The notes: generated by a model from the letters alone, not told the origin. Counted from the stretch's first letter, positions 1 through 13,500 are shown. The stretch: DNA of 64,000 bases from Macrostomum lignano (GCA_002269645.1 NIVC01003261.1:44651-108650), one strand, 5' to 3'. Numbers and translations: made by a program.

Positions 1-581
1 CCGAAAGCCGGGGGTGGCTGGGCGATTCTTCGAAAAAGAATGGAAATGAAGGAACGAAAAGGCATAGACGGGCAGGCAGACAGGCAGAAACGGAAAGGCA
101 CAACAAACAGCCCTGATTGCCACTAATATGCTTGTACAGCTCAACGCTAACAACAAATTCTCGTCATCGGTTTCCATTTTTCTTCGAAAACTTTTTACTT
201 GAGCTCTCAGGAGAAGCGCATCGGCTCTTCGATTTTTACAACAGAGGCGTTCTCTAAGGTAAGTAAGTCTGCTGAGCTGAGAGCATCCCTATGGAATCGC
301 AAACTCTATGGCTGGCAGCTTAGGCGTCTCACTAATGTGTTTTTTTCAAATAATAGATTATTCATAATCATAAATCCATAAAGTGTATAAATGCGACTTT
401 TATCACACTGTAGGCGAGCGATCGACACCGGAAACTGGGCGCCGATTGTAGGGCCGCAGCGCAGCGCAGTGCCAGCAAGAAGCAGCAAAAGTCTTCCAGC
501 TGAGCTAAACACAGCGGCCGTTGGGCCGTCCCGGCCCGAGGCCAGAGAGGCGCAGAATCCGCAGCTCTTAAGGCAGCAATC

Positions 582-1745
582 ATGTCTGCCCCGTTGGAAA
601 GTGGGAACAATAACGGGCCTGCTAGGAAAAAGCAGCAGCCGCCACCGACGCTGCCGAAGCAGCAACAACAACAACAGCAGCAGCAGCAGCAGCAGCAAAC
701 GCGGCCGCACAGCCCCAGAGACCGCAGGCGTCGATGTACGCCGCCTCCACTGACGATGGTTTTCGTCGATCCGCCCTCGCTGGAAGCCACCACTCCAGAC
801 GGGTCAGCGGCGCCGGTGGTTGACAGCCTGTCGCTGGCTCTGGCGGAACTGCGCGGCAGCCGGCCGGGTCCGGCCAACTTTTTTGAAGCTCACGAACGAG
901 TGGAACGAGGAGCAGCAGCCGCAGCTGCTGACGGTGGCATCGGTGGCGCAGCAGGTGGCGTAGGCAGCGCCTTGGATAGCGAATCCAGCAACGGGGTGAT
1001 CAACCCCGACGACATGTTGAACATCCGACAGCTGGCAAAGCGTTCGTCGTCGTTGAAATCCAAAAAGACGCCGCCCGGCACGCCGTCGCTGGTGAAGAAA
1101 GCCGTCCGCTTTGCCGACGCTTTCGGCCTGGAGCTCATCAACGTCAAGCACGTGCTGGACCCGGACAATCCGCCGGAAATTCCGCCGGAAGCAATCAGCG
1201 ACTTGGAACTGGGCGACGGCACCGGAAGCGAGGATGCGGACACGGACTCGAATTTTCTCCCCGCCGTCGCCGCCGCGATCGGCGGAGACTCGCAGCAGCA
1301 GCAGCGCCTGCAGACAACCCTCCGGCCGATTTTTTCACAGCCGGGCCACTCGGCGGGTTTCAACGCCCGCGTCATGGCCCAGAAGGTGGTGCTGGAGAGC
1401 GCCGCATACGCGCCCCTAACTGGAGAAATTTGCGGCTACATCTGCGTGGCGAATCTCGCTTTCGAGAAGTCGGTAACTGTGCGGGTCAGCTTCGACTCGT
1501 GGCGCAGCAGCTCGGAGGTCGGTGCAGAGTACGTGCCGCACTCTAGCAGCGGCATGACCGACCGGTTCAGCTTCAGCCTGGCCCTGCCCGGCGGCCCGGC
1601 GGCTGTCACGTCGGCCCCGCCAGGCCGCTACCGGGTCGCCTTCTGCGTGGCCTACCGCACCTGCGGCCAGACCTTTTGGGACAACAACTTTGGCGAGAAT
1701 TACGCGTTCGATTCTGTAGTTGACGCCTGGACTAATCGGATCTAA
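582..1745 (+). CDS. PPP1R3: Protein phosphatase 1 regulatory subunit 3 family (glycogen-targeting; RVxF + CBM21), intronless, 387 aa
   Basis: PP1-docking segment KKAVRFADAFGLEL. C-terminal CBM21 motifs FSQPG...VVLES, VANLAFEKSVTVRVSFDSW, DRFSF and FWDNNFGENY. N-terminal poly-Gln from CAG/CAA repeats. Paralogue (B/C/D) cannot be assigned. Confidence 0.93.
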   Translation: MSAPLESGNNNGPARKKQQPPPTLPKQQQQQQQQQQQQQTRPHSPRDRRRRCTPPPLTMVFVDPPSLEATTPDGSAAPVVDSLSLALAELRGSRPGPANFFEAHERVERGAAAAAADGGIGGAAGGVGSALDSESSNGVINPDDMLNIRQLAKRSSSLKSKKTPPGTPSLVKKAVRFADAFGLELINVKHVLDPDNPPEIPPEAISDLELGDGTGSEDADTDSNFLPAVAAAIGGDSQQQQRLQTTLRPIFSQPGHSAGFNARVMAQKVVLESAAYAPLTGEICGYICVANLAFEKSVTVRVSFDSWRSSSEVGAEYVPHSSSGMTDRFSFSLALPGGPAAVTSAPPGRYRVAFCVAYRTCGQTFWDNNFGENYAFDSVVDAWTNRI

Positions 1746-2396
1746 AGCCGACATCCGACACTTTTCTTCATACTAGATGGCTTCAACTGTCCCTCAATCA
1801 TGTCTCTTTCTCACTTCCATTTACACTTCTTGCTTGTCGGGCTTTGCTTAAAACCAATTCATGCGCTGTTTATGCGTCCGTTGTAAATCGCTCTGTCCAC
1901 CTGAAGTATTCGCTGCTCCCCCGCTCCTTGCCCCTCCCCAACCCTCTGTTTCTCGCGGCATCTGTCTTTCTTTAGTTGAAATTATTTGTACTTTTAGCTT
2001 GGCGTTTCATATACCCGCTGTGTTGTCATTTTATTGTAAGTTTATTCGGCTTATTGATTTCTTACAGAACTTGCGAATCCGGTCCCTTCGGTCGATCACC
2101 AGCCGCCAATTTGTCTTCATCATTCATTTTTTTTGTTTCAGCTTTACTGACTCTGTCGCCATGGTAACACTAAAAAACTTTTGGAGAAAAATTATTTAAA
2201 AGGCGAGGCTGGGAGATTACAGGCAGTGTTTTGTGTACATTGAGTGTACAATTTACATCGAGCAAAAAGCGTGACAGACAGAGAGCGTCTTTTTCCATAT
2301 TTTTCGAATACTGCGTCCAATTAATTGTAAGTTTTTTTCAGTTTTTGAAATCGCTGCGTTTTTACTGGTTTAAGTAAAATATCAGTGCGCTGGAGC

Positions 2397-2458
2397 CAAG
2401 GACTACTTAACAGCTTAACAGTAAGCGTGTAACGTCCTGAGTTGTTAAGTAGTCCTTG
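2397..2458. mobile_element. 62-bp miniature hAT-like element (MITE)
   Basis: Perfect 16-bp TIRs CAAGGACTACTTAACA / TGTTAAGTAGTCCTTG. Exact 8-bp direct repeat GCTGGAGC at 2389-2396 and 2459-2466. Confidence 0.8.
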
Positions 2459-2613
2459 GCTGGAGCATGCGCGACTTGAAGGAAAACTTCAACAAATCTA
2501 TAAAAAATTTCTAGTTGAATTTTTTTAACAATTAGGAACATATCAATATTCACACCTTAAAGGTTTCCAATCTGCGTGTTTTAAGCGGAAAAGCAAAAGT
2601 ACCTAGTGTACTT

Positions 2614-3286
2614 TTGTTACAGAATATGTTGCAGAATATGTTGCAGAATATGTTGCAGAATATGTTGCAGAATATGTTGCAGAATATGTTGCAGAATATG
2701 TTGCAGAATATTTTGCAGAATATGTTGCAGAATATGTTGCAGAATATGTTGCAGAATATGTTACAGAATATGTTGCAGAATATGTTGCAGAATATGTTGC
2801 AGAATATGTTACAGAATATGTTGCAGAATATGTTACAGAATATGTTGCAGAATATGTTGCAGAATATGTTGCAGAATATGTTGCAGAATATGTTGCAGAA
2901 TATGTTGCAGAATATGTTGCAGAATATGTTGCAGAATATGTTGCAGAATATGTTACAGAATATGTTGCAGAATATGTTGCAGAATATGTTACAGAATATG
3001 TTGCAGAATATGTTGCAGAATATGTTGCAGAATATGTTACAGAATATGTTGCAGAATATGTTGCAGAATATGTTACAGAATATGTTGCAGAATATGTTGC
3101 AGAATATGTTGCAGAATATGTTACAGAATATGTTGCAGAATATGTTACAGAATATGTTGCAGAATATGTTGCAGAATATGTTGCAGAATATGTTGCAGAA
3201 TATGTTGCAGAATATGTTGCAGAATATGTTGCAGAATATGTTGCAGAATATGTTGCAGAATATGTTGCAGAATATGTTGCAGAATG
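2614..3286. repeat. 12-bp tandem repeat (GCAGAATATGTT)n
   Basis: About 55 near-identical units with an occasional ACAG variant. Explains the ORFs at 2550-3345. Confidence 0.98.
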
Positions 3287-4184
3287 CACTCCTCATTAAA
3301 TAATGATGTTCTACCGCAGACAGCCTTGGGACGAGACAAATGCATTAAGGAGATCGGATTTGGAAAGTCGTTTACCTTCGAGATGAGAAATTATCTATTA
3401 ATCTCCATCAATCCCAGATAAAGGAGGTAAAAAATGTAAAACTTTTTCGTTTGCACACAGTTGATTCTGTCGCTAGTTAATAGACTTCACAGCCTGTAAG
3501 TATATTAAATATATTTAATAGTAGCATAACGGTTTATAACGATAAAGTTTCATGTGAGCAGCGACGCAAGAAATTGAGGGAAGCAAATTATAGAGGTGGT
3601 AATTAATTCTTAAAATATTTATTATCGATCAGACCGACACCAACTTAAGGAAAAGTGCTTTCAGAAATGATTAGAAATATAAATAAATGTGTAAGATAGC
3701 TAGACTATAATTTGTTAGATAGACAACAAAAGCGTAAAAAAATTGTCAGATTCACACTGCTTTTTTAAGTAAAAACAATAGAATAACGAAGCTTCTTAGT
3801 AGCGAGTTCACTGTTGACTGGAAAGAAAATTTAAATTAAGGGAATGTCGTACGCATGTTCTTGCTACGCTACTAAATCGGAAATTTGTTGAGTAGTATTT
3901 AGAGAGAATTGTAGCCACCTGTAAATATAATATCATAATATGTTATATCGAATGTCCTAGCTAGCCGGATCTGAATGATTACCTTGGTTTTGTAAAAAAG
4001 CGAGCTTAGTATTTGGAGTGTTCGAGCCACGAAGGCGCATCATGAAGGTTTTAGACGAGTGTTTGTTTAATATTAGTTCGCCTTACAGTCTCAGCATGTT
4101 ATAGCTCGTATCCAGCCTTTTTGTCGATAGCCATCTCGTTTTAATGTGGCGCGCGCTGATAAGATAGTGAAATCTCAGCGCCTC

Positions 4185-4400
4185 CTGTTTAACGCTTTTA
4201 TCAACTGTTATCTCTATACCCCGTCGCTCAAAGTAGGCACGCGCTGATTGGCTGGTGAAATCTCTGGCCTGACACCCACCTCAATTCCAGCACCCCCTAC
4301 CCTGTTCAACGCTTTTATCAACTGTTATCTCTATACCCCGTCGCTCAAAGTAGGCACGCGCTGATTGGCTGGTAAAATTTCTAGCCTGACACCCACCTCA
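4185..4400 (+). repeat. Two-copy ~117-bp tandem duplication
   Basis: AACGCTTTTATCAACTG...GACACCCACCTCA occurs at ~4191 and ~4308. Confidence 0.9.
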
Positions 4401-4553
4401 TTTCTATTCGCCCCTCATTAAGGGCCATCTGTCTCTACTCCATTTCTATGAGTATTGTAGTCCAATGACTCTTCTCCAGCTGTCTTCTCTATTTCAGCAT
4501 ATCGTGCATCAAAAACTGCAAAAGTACCAAAGTCTAAGCCGTAAAGTTTTCAA

Positions 4554-7500
4554 TTAGTTAGTGGGAGCCGGGGCTGCCTTGCCCTGGCAGAAGCCCTGCT
4601 GGCAGGCCTGGCAGCTGCTCTTGTCGTGCTTCTGGCTCGGATTGCCAGCTCGGCGCCACATCTGCACAGTCTTGTCCCCGATGCTCACCTTGTACAGGGT
4701 TTGGCCGATGCGCCAGAACACGTTGTACAGCACCTAGAAGCGAAAAGCATAGAGTCACTCGCAGAGTCACTCGCAGAGTCACTCGCAGAGTCACTCGCAG
4801 AGTCACTCGCAGAGTCACTCGCAGAGTCACTCGCAGAGTCACTCGCAGAGTCACTCGCAGAGTCACTCGCAGAGTCACTCGCAGAGTCACTCGCAGAGTC
4901 ACTCGCAGAGTCACTCGCAGAGTCACTCGCAGAGTCACTCGCAGAGTCACTCGCAGAGTCACTCGCAGAGTCACTCGCAGAGTCACTCGCAGAGTCACTC
5001 GCAGAGTCACTCGCAGAGTCACTCGCAGAGTCACTCGCAGAGTCACTCGCAGAGTCACTCGCAGAGTCACTCGCAGAGTCACTCGCAGAGTCACTCGCAG
5101 AGTCACTCGCAGAGTCACTCGCAGAGTCACTCGCAGAGTCACTCGCAGAGTCACTCGCAGAGTCACTCGCAGAGTCACTCGCAGAGTCACTCGCAGAGTC
5201 ACTCGCAGAGTCACTCGCAGAGTCACTCGCAGAGTCACTCGCAGAGTCACTCGCAGAGTCACTCGCAGAGTCACTCGCAGAGTCACTCGCAGAGTCACTC
5301 GCAGAGTCACTCGCAGAGTCACTCGCAGAGTCACTCGCAGAGTCACTCGCAGAGTCACTCGCAGAGTCACTCGCAGAGTCACTCGCAGAGTCACTCGCAG
5401 AGTCACTTCCCAGGTTCGCAGGCTCCTCAGAACCAGAGTTTACCTTTTCAATTTCTTCAGGATACCACTGTGGCTCCTCAAACACAGTGTGCTCTCCCTG
5501 CCGGTGGCCCTTGGTCTCGTGGCACTGCTGTTTGAATAGCCGAAAGTACAGGCTGTACCCTCTTGGCAGCAGCACCTCGCTGGTCTGCGGATCCAGCAGA
5601 GGCGTGGCGCCCTCCAGCCTGAACAGGTGGAACACGATCCGGCCCTTCATCGAAGTCCACTCCTTAGGGCATTGCTGCGAATTGTTTGTTGCATTAATTA
5701 TTTATAAAAAAGAGAAATTTAGATTTAGAAAATTTTAGTTTCTTTTCGATTAAGTATTTCCAGCGCCCAGATAATCCAGTCGAGGCAGCCACTCCCCCCG
5801 AAGTCATGGGACGGGGTAGAAAATGATTGAGTCACGGGACGGGCTAGGAATTGAGTGAGTCACGGGACGGGCTAGGAATTGAGTGAGTCGCGGGACGGGG
5901 TAGGAATTGAGTGAGTCACGGGACGGGGTAGGAATTGAGTGAGTCGGGGACGGGTAGGAATTGAGTGAGTCACGGGACGGGCTAGGAATTGAGTGAGTCA
6001 CGGGACGGGGTAGGAATTGAGTGAGTCGCGGGACGGGGTAGGAATTGAGTGAGTCACGGGACGGGCTAGGAATTGAGTGAGTCGCGGGACGGGGTAGGAA
6101 TTGAGTGAGTCACGGGACGGGCTAGGAATTGAGTGAGTCACGGGACGGGTAGGAATTGAGTGAGTCACGGGACGGGCTAGGAATTGAGTGAGTCGCGGGA
6201 CGGGGTAGGAATTGAGTGAGTCACAGGACGGGGTAGGAATTGAGTGAGTCGCGGGACGGGGTAGGAATTGAGTGAGTCACGGGACGGGGTAGGAATTGAG
6301 TGAGTCACGGGACGGGCTAGGAATTGAGTGAGTCACGGGACGGGCTAGGAATTGAGTGAGTCGCGGGACGGGGTAGGAATTGAGTGAGTCACGGGACGGG
6401 CTAGGAATTGAGTGAGTCACGGGACGGGGTAGGAATTGAGTGAGTCGGGGGACGGGTAGGAATTGAGTGAGTCACGGGACGGGCTAGGAATTGAGTGAGT
6501 CACGGGACGGGGTAGGAATTGAGTGAGTCGCGGGACGGGGTAGGAATTGAGTGAGTCACGGGACGGGCTAGGAATTGAGTGAGTCGCGGGACGGGGTAGG
6601 AATTGAGTGAGTCACGGGACGGGCTAGGAATTGAGTGAGTCACGGGACGGGTAGGAATTGAGTGAGTCACGGGACGGGCTAGGAATTGAGTGAGTCGCGG
6701 GACGGGGTAGGAATTGAGTGAGTCACAGGACGGGGTAGGAATTGAGTGAGTCGCGGGACGGGGTAGGAATTGAGTGAGTCACGGGACGGGGTAGGAATTG
6801 AGTGAGTCACGGGACGGGCTAGGAATTGAGTGAGTCAGGGGACGGGTAGGAATTGAGTGAGTCACAGGACGGGGTAGGAATTGAGTGAGTCACAGGACGG
6901 GGTAGGAATTGAGTGAGTCACGGGACGGGGTAAGAACAAGGACAACTGAAGTTACGTTATATATAGGACGCGACAGTCAGCTTTCGTGGAAATTTTTTTG
7001 GAGGCCCGTAAGCCGTATAAAGTTCTACGTACATAAGCCTAGGATTCGACCGCTACAAATAGAGCACAGGACTGTGTGTGTTGTAATAAATCATTCAGGT
7101 TTTCATTTCTTACTAAACTTGATAAGCTGACTTCACCTACTAATTAAAATAATTATACCACGTTCCTTTAATGGCCAATAACAATATGCATTTTTTAATT
7201 TGGATTTGTGAAATACTGGTTTTCTTGTTTTCTTTTTTGCTGACAAACAATGTTTCTTTATATCACAAATGTCAACAAGAGACCATGTTTACAAAGCAAA
7301 TTTTTTATACTTATTATAGATCCAGATCCAGGTCCTTCAGGTAAATTTCTGCTTCGTCGCAGATGCTTTGTCGAGTTTGCTATTGTTTTTCATCAGTTTT
7401 TTTGTTTTCCGTTTTGTCTCACTCTAACGCAAGCCAAAAATTTACTCACTTTTTTGATACTCGTAATAATAAACAAATGGCATTTGACAGTGAAATTTTC

Positions 7501-10500
7501 TAAAATACATAAACTGTTTTATTTTACACTTGCTTAATGAGATTATTAGTTTACAAACTAAAAAATCGTTTTCGCAATTGACCAGGAATTGTGACAGGAA
7601 TTGTAAATTTTAAATTGCACGAAATTGCGTTGTTTTCACTCTACTTAACTGTACGCTGCTTATACATGTAGTCTACTATTTTATTACTGACATTTTAACG
7701 AAAAACAAAATTCTGGACCTAACACCGAAAGAATTAGCTTTCTACGTGCAACTAGTCGAAAATTACATATATGTGAAGACCAGGCCTCCAATAAAAATTA
7801 CACGATACGCGAGTGTCGCGCCCTACTACTTCAGTTGTCCTTGGGTAAGAAATGAATGAGTCACGGGACGGGCTAGGAATTGCGTGAGTCACGGGACTCG
7901 CCAGCGTAGTCGCGTGAATGATCCTAGAAAAAAAACTTTGATGTTGCCTCCATCTAATTATTTTAATATGGTCGCAAAAAACTGTTGACCGCGGAATGAT
8001 CATCCGGAAGTCCATTGCCCAGCAATTCAACAATGCTGCCTGGGTAAAAAAACTCAGTGGTCGGGGCGGAGATGATCAGGTCGTTAGGTTGAGGGCCAAG
8101 TTTATACTATTGGTGCAAGAAATAGTTTAGAGCTTAGAGCATCTCTAAGCTGATTCTAAATTAGCAAAGAAAACATACTACTAACAGCGACAACTGCAGT
8201 TCCAACCATTTGAACAACATATGAACGGGTTAGAACGGATCGGTCAACCAAAGATATGCCGATTAATTTTTGCGTACTTACTTCGTATTTATCTAGTCGA
8301 TAAAGATAGAGAAAGTTTCGAAAAACAGGATATACAAAACAATGCTAAATATCTGACTATCCGGACAGAAGGAATTAAAATGACGAGTCCTGTCTGTGTT
8401 ACGAAGCCCTCTGAAGATCGCCAATCCAGCCGCATGTCCGTGAGAGGCATTCCTGACAACTCGTTTCTGAGATCTGAAGCCTAACGATTCCATCGTTTGC
8501 TTATTAACATCTTCCTCAGTCCGCACACCCACCTCACTCCTTGCACCCACCTCACTCCTTGCACCCACCTCACTCCCTGCACCCACCTCACTCCCTGCAC
8601 CCACCTCACTCCCTGCACCCACCTCACTCCCTGCACCCACCTCACTCCCTGCACCCACCTCACTCCCTGCACCCACCTCACTCCCTGCACCCACCTCACT
8701 CCCTGCACCCACCTCACTCCCTGCACCCACCTCACTCCCTGCACCCACCTCACTCCCTGCACCCACCTCACTCCCTGCACCCACCTCACTCCCTGCACCC
8801 ACCTCACTCCCTGCACCCACCTCACTCCCTGCACCCACCTCACTCCCTGCACCCACCTCACTCCCTGCACCCACCTCACTTCATGCACATCGAGGCTAAC
8901 TGGATTTATAATGAAGGGCCACCTCTCAACAGTTCCACAGAAAATTCATTCAACTGAAATGTGGCTAGATGGACGCATCCGATCCACAGTGGCTCAGAAG
9001 TTTTATTGGAATTTAAAAACAACGTCACAAGTCTGTGTTTGCGTATGAGAAAATAAAGATTAGAATTAGTGGCACTTTTTCATGCACCCTTTTACGCAAG
9101 TATTGCGAAGTAAGCGTTCGGTATCTAGTGACAGGGTGACTAAGAATTTTCAACAAACGTCCTTTTCCTTCCTGGACTATAAACCAAAGTTAATTACTCC
9201 GTTTACCTTGTTATCAGGCGAGTCAAAACTGCCTAAAATTGTGCGAAAATTGTTCAATTTTCGGAAATTTTTCTGAATGAACCAATAAGAGCTTACTCGT
9301 AGATACGAGCGAATGACTGAAGATAACAATATTTTATCAGCACCTTATCAAGAGCACTTTCAAAAGTTTTACTATCAGAAACAGCCTTACCGAACACCTG
9401 AACCGAACTTTGGCACCATCGTAGAAAGAATATCCGATGATTGATAGTTGGATTAACACCGACTGCTGCACCACCAAGTTGGCGTGCGGCAGCAGCTGCG
9501 GCACCAGCACCTGTTGCGTCAGGGGCGCAGGTGTGTGCCACATGCTGCCGTAGCTGCCTTGAGGCGGCAGTCCGTCCGTCAGGGCACGAATTTTTGCCTC
9601 CATAGCGTCGTCCATGAGGCCCAAGCTGGCGGTCGACTCGCTCCAGATGATGCCCTCCGTGAAGTATTCGAGGCTGCGACTGAGCGCAGCGATCAGCTGG
9701 CAACGCTGGCGCAGAAACTCCGCGTCCCATTTTTCGCGAATCTCCCGGCTGAAATGCAGTGTAGCGGCTTTGGACGGCTTGATCTGGTGGCACTTAGAAT
9801 GTTTAAGGAGTGAGGTGTGGGGCTGGGGAGTGAGGTGGGTGCGGGGCAGGGGAGTGAGATGTAGGGCAGGGGAATGAGATGTAGGGCAGGGGAGTGAGAT
9901 GGATGAGGAGCAGGAGAATGAGGAGGGTGAGGAGCAGGGGAGTGAGGTGGGTGATGGGCAGGAGAGTGAAGTGGGCGAGGAGCAGGGGAGTGAGGTGGAT
10001 GAGGGGCAGGGGAGTGAGATGTAGGGCAGGGGAGTGAGATGTAGGGCAGGGGAGTGAGATGTAGGGCAGGGGAGTGAGATGTAGGGCAGGGGAGTGAGAT
10101 GTAGGGCAGGGGAGTGAGATGTAGGGCAGGGGAGTGAGATGTAGGGCAGGGGAGTGAGATGTAGGGCAGGGGAGTGAGGTGGGCGAGGAGCAGGGGAGTG
10201 AGGTGGGTGAGGAGCAGGGGAGTGAGGTGGGTGAGAGGCAGGGAGTGAGGCGAGTGAGGGGCATGATGTGGGGGGGGGGTATAGCTAGCATTGGAAGGCT
10301 CAAAAGGGCGGTCAGAAAGCTTTCATCCATTTTGCTTCATAATGAAATGCATTTGACACTTTTAAGATTGCATCTATTTTATTTTTGATATTTTAGACGA
10401 AAATGATGATTCCATGCTTTTCCAGAGCCCCAGAGTGCTTTCAAAAAGGGTGCGGCCTGTGGTTTTTGGTTGCCTGGCCAGCGAAGGCAAGCAGATGGGT

Positions 10501-13500
10501 GGGGGGAGCCTGTTTCAGGGGATAAGGTTGCTCTTATTGAAACTTCTTTGCTGAGTTCTCCCTCGGAGTACGTGGTTCGTTTAAGGCGGTGATTATATTT
10601 TGTTTAAACGGCCCGAGCTGTTGAAGCAAAGTCACTTTTTGCTGTTGTTTAGAGGAAATACGGAAAGCAGAATTGAGAACGCAAATTGCGTGTCGAAGTT
10701 CATGTCAACAGTAAATAGCTAATTTTTACCCGAAGTAATGGGCACTCACCCTATAGACACTGTCCCTTTAGACACTCACCCTATAGGCACTCACCCTATA
10801 GACACTCACCCTTTAGGCACTCACCCTATAGACACTCACCCTTTAGACACTCACCCTATAGACACTCACCCTTTAGACACTCACCCTATAGACACTCACC
10901 CTATAGACACTCACCCTATAGACACTCACCCTTTAGACACTCACCCTATAGACACTCACCCTATAGACACTCACCCTATAGGCACTCACCCTATAGACAC
11001 TCACCCTTTAGACACTCACCCTATAGACACTCACCCTATAGGCACTCACCCTTTAGACACTCACCCTATAGACACTCACCCTATAGACACTCACCCTATA
11101 GACACTCACCCTTTAGACACTCACCCTATAGACACTCACCCTATAGACACTCACCCTATAGGCACTCACCCTTTAGACACTCACCCTATAGACACTCTCC
11201 CTTTAGACAGTCTCCCTATAGACACCCTCCCTATGGAAACTCACCCTATAGACATCCTATAGACACACCCTTTAGACACTCACCCTATTGACACTCATCC
11301 TATAGACACTCACCCTATAGACACTCACCATATAGACACTCACCTTATTATAGACACTCACCCTATAGACACTCTCCCTATGGACACTCACCCTATGAAC
11401 AGAATCCTCATACACAGAAAGGGATCTCACTCAGTGCAGAATCCCCATAAACACACAGGAAGGGATATCACTCAGTGCAATATCCCCATAAACACAAAGG
11501 TAGGGATCTCACTCAGTGCAGAATCCCCATAAACACACAGGAAGGGATCTCACTCAGTGCAGAATCCCCATAAACACACAGGAAGGGATATCACTCAGTG
11601 TAGAATCCCCATAAACACACAGGAAGGGATATCACTCAGTGCAATATCCCCATAAACACAAAGGTAGGGATCTCACTCAGTGCAGAATCCCCACAAACAC
11701 AGGAAGGGATATCACTCAGTGCAGAATCCCCATAAACACACAGGAAGGGATCTCACTCAGTGCAGAATCCCCATAAACACAGGAAGGGATCTCACTCAGT
11801 GCAGAATCCCCATAAACACAGGAAGGGATCTCACTCAGTGCAGAATCCCCATAAACACACAGGTAGGGATCTCACTCAGTGCAGAATCCCCATAAACACA
11901 CAGGTAGGGATCTCACTCAGTGCAGAATCCCCATAAACACACAGGAAGGGATCTCACTCAGTGTGGAATCCCCATAAACACACAGGAAGGGATCTCACTC
12001 AGTGCGGAATCCCCATAAACACACAGGAAGGGATCTCACTCAGTGTAGAATCCCCACAAACACAGGAAGGGATCTCACTCAGTGTGGAATCCCCACAAAC
12101 ACAGGAAGGGATCTCACTCAGTGCAGAATCCCCATAAACACACAGGAAGGGATCTCACTCAGTGTAGAATCCCCATAAACACAGAGGAAGGGATCTCACT
12201 CAGTGTAGAATCCCCATAAACACACAGGTAGGGATCTCACTCAGTGCAGAATCCCCATAAACACACAGGAAGGGATCTCACTCAGTGTAGAATCCCCAAA
12301 AACACACAGGAAGGGATATCACTCAGTGTAGAATCCCCATAAACACACAGGAAGGGATATCACTCAGTGCAATATCCCCATAAACACAAAGGTAGGGATC
12401 TCACTCAGTGCAGAATCCCCATAAACACAAAGGTAGGGATCTCACTCAGTGCAGAATCCCCATAAACACAGGAAGGGATCTCACTCAGTGCAGAATCCCC
12501 ACAAACACAGGAAGGGATCTCACTCAGTGCAGAATCCCCATAAACACACAGGAAGGGATCTCACTCAGTGCAGAATCCCCATAAACACAAAGGTAGGGAT
12601 CTCACTCAGTGCAGAATCCCCATAAACACACAGGAAGGGATATCACTCAGTTTAGAATCCCCATAAACACACAGGAAGGGATCTCACTCAGTGCAGAATC
12701 CCCATAAACACAAAGGTAGGGATCTCACTCAGTGCAGAATCCCCATAAACACACAGGAAGGGATATCACTCAGTGCAATATCCCCATAAACACAAAGGTA
12801 GGGATCTCACTCAGTGCAGAATCCCCACAAACACAGGAAGGGATATCACTCAGTGCAGAATCCCCATAAACACACAGGAAGGGATCTCACTCAGTGCAGA
12901 ATCCCCATAAACACAGGAAGGGATCTCACTCAGTGCAGAATCCCCATAAACACAGGAAGGGATCTCACTCAGTGCAGAATCCCCATAAACACACAGGAAG
13001 GGATCTCACTCAGAGCAGAATCCCCATAAACACACAGGAAGGGATCTCACTCAGTGCAGAATCCCCACAAACACAGGAAGGGATATCACTCAGTTTAGAA
13101 TCCCCATAAACACACAGGAAGGGATCTCACTCAGTGCAGAATCCCCATAAACACACAGAAAGGGATCTCACTCAGTGCAGAATCCCCATAAACACACAGG
13201 AAGGGATCTCACTCAGTGTAGAATCCCACGGGCAGTGCTGATTGGTGTCCAGTCGCAGACAGCACGGCTGAGGCAGAAGTCGCAGGTGAAGGCATCGGAC
13301 CTGTAGCAGCGTACAGAGCGGCAGCGTCCAGGCTTGTCAGACCGGCCATCAGGTCGAAGCTGCTGTCCACCGACGACATTGGAGCCGGAGCTGGGATTTG
13401 CCCGGCTGCTGCGATTGCCTGCTGTTGCTGCTGCTGTTCAATCGCACCTCCAGAGGCCGTGGCCCCTGGCCTCTGCACCATGGCCAACAGTTGCCTCTGG

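Noticed and set aside
2550-3421. Long ORFs made of repeated peptides (NIFC, ATYS, MLQN; similarly SLAE, VGTD, PDPRSQI, SIYL etc. elsewhere)
   Set aside because: They coincide exactly with tandem arrays whose units lack stops and are open in several frames on both strands. Several lie inside introns of well-supported genes.
7310-7341. Possible 21-nt + strand micro-exon (ag|ATCCAGATCCAGGTCCTTCAG|gt)
   Set aside because: It lies inside the MITE, antisense to the host gene, with no partner exons.
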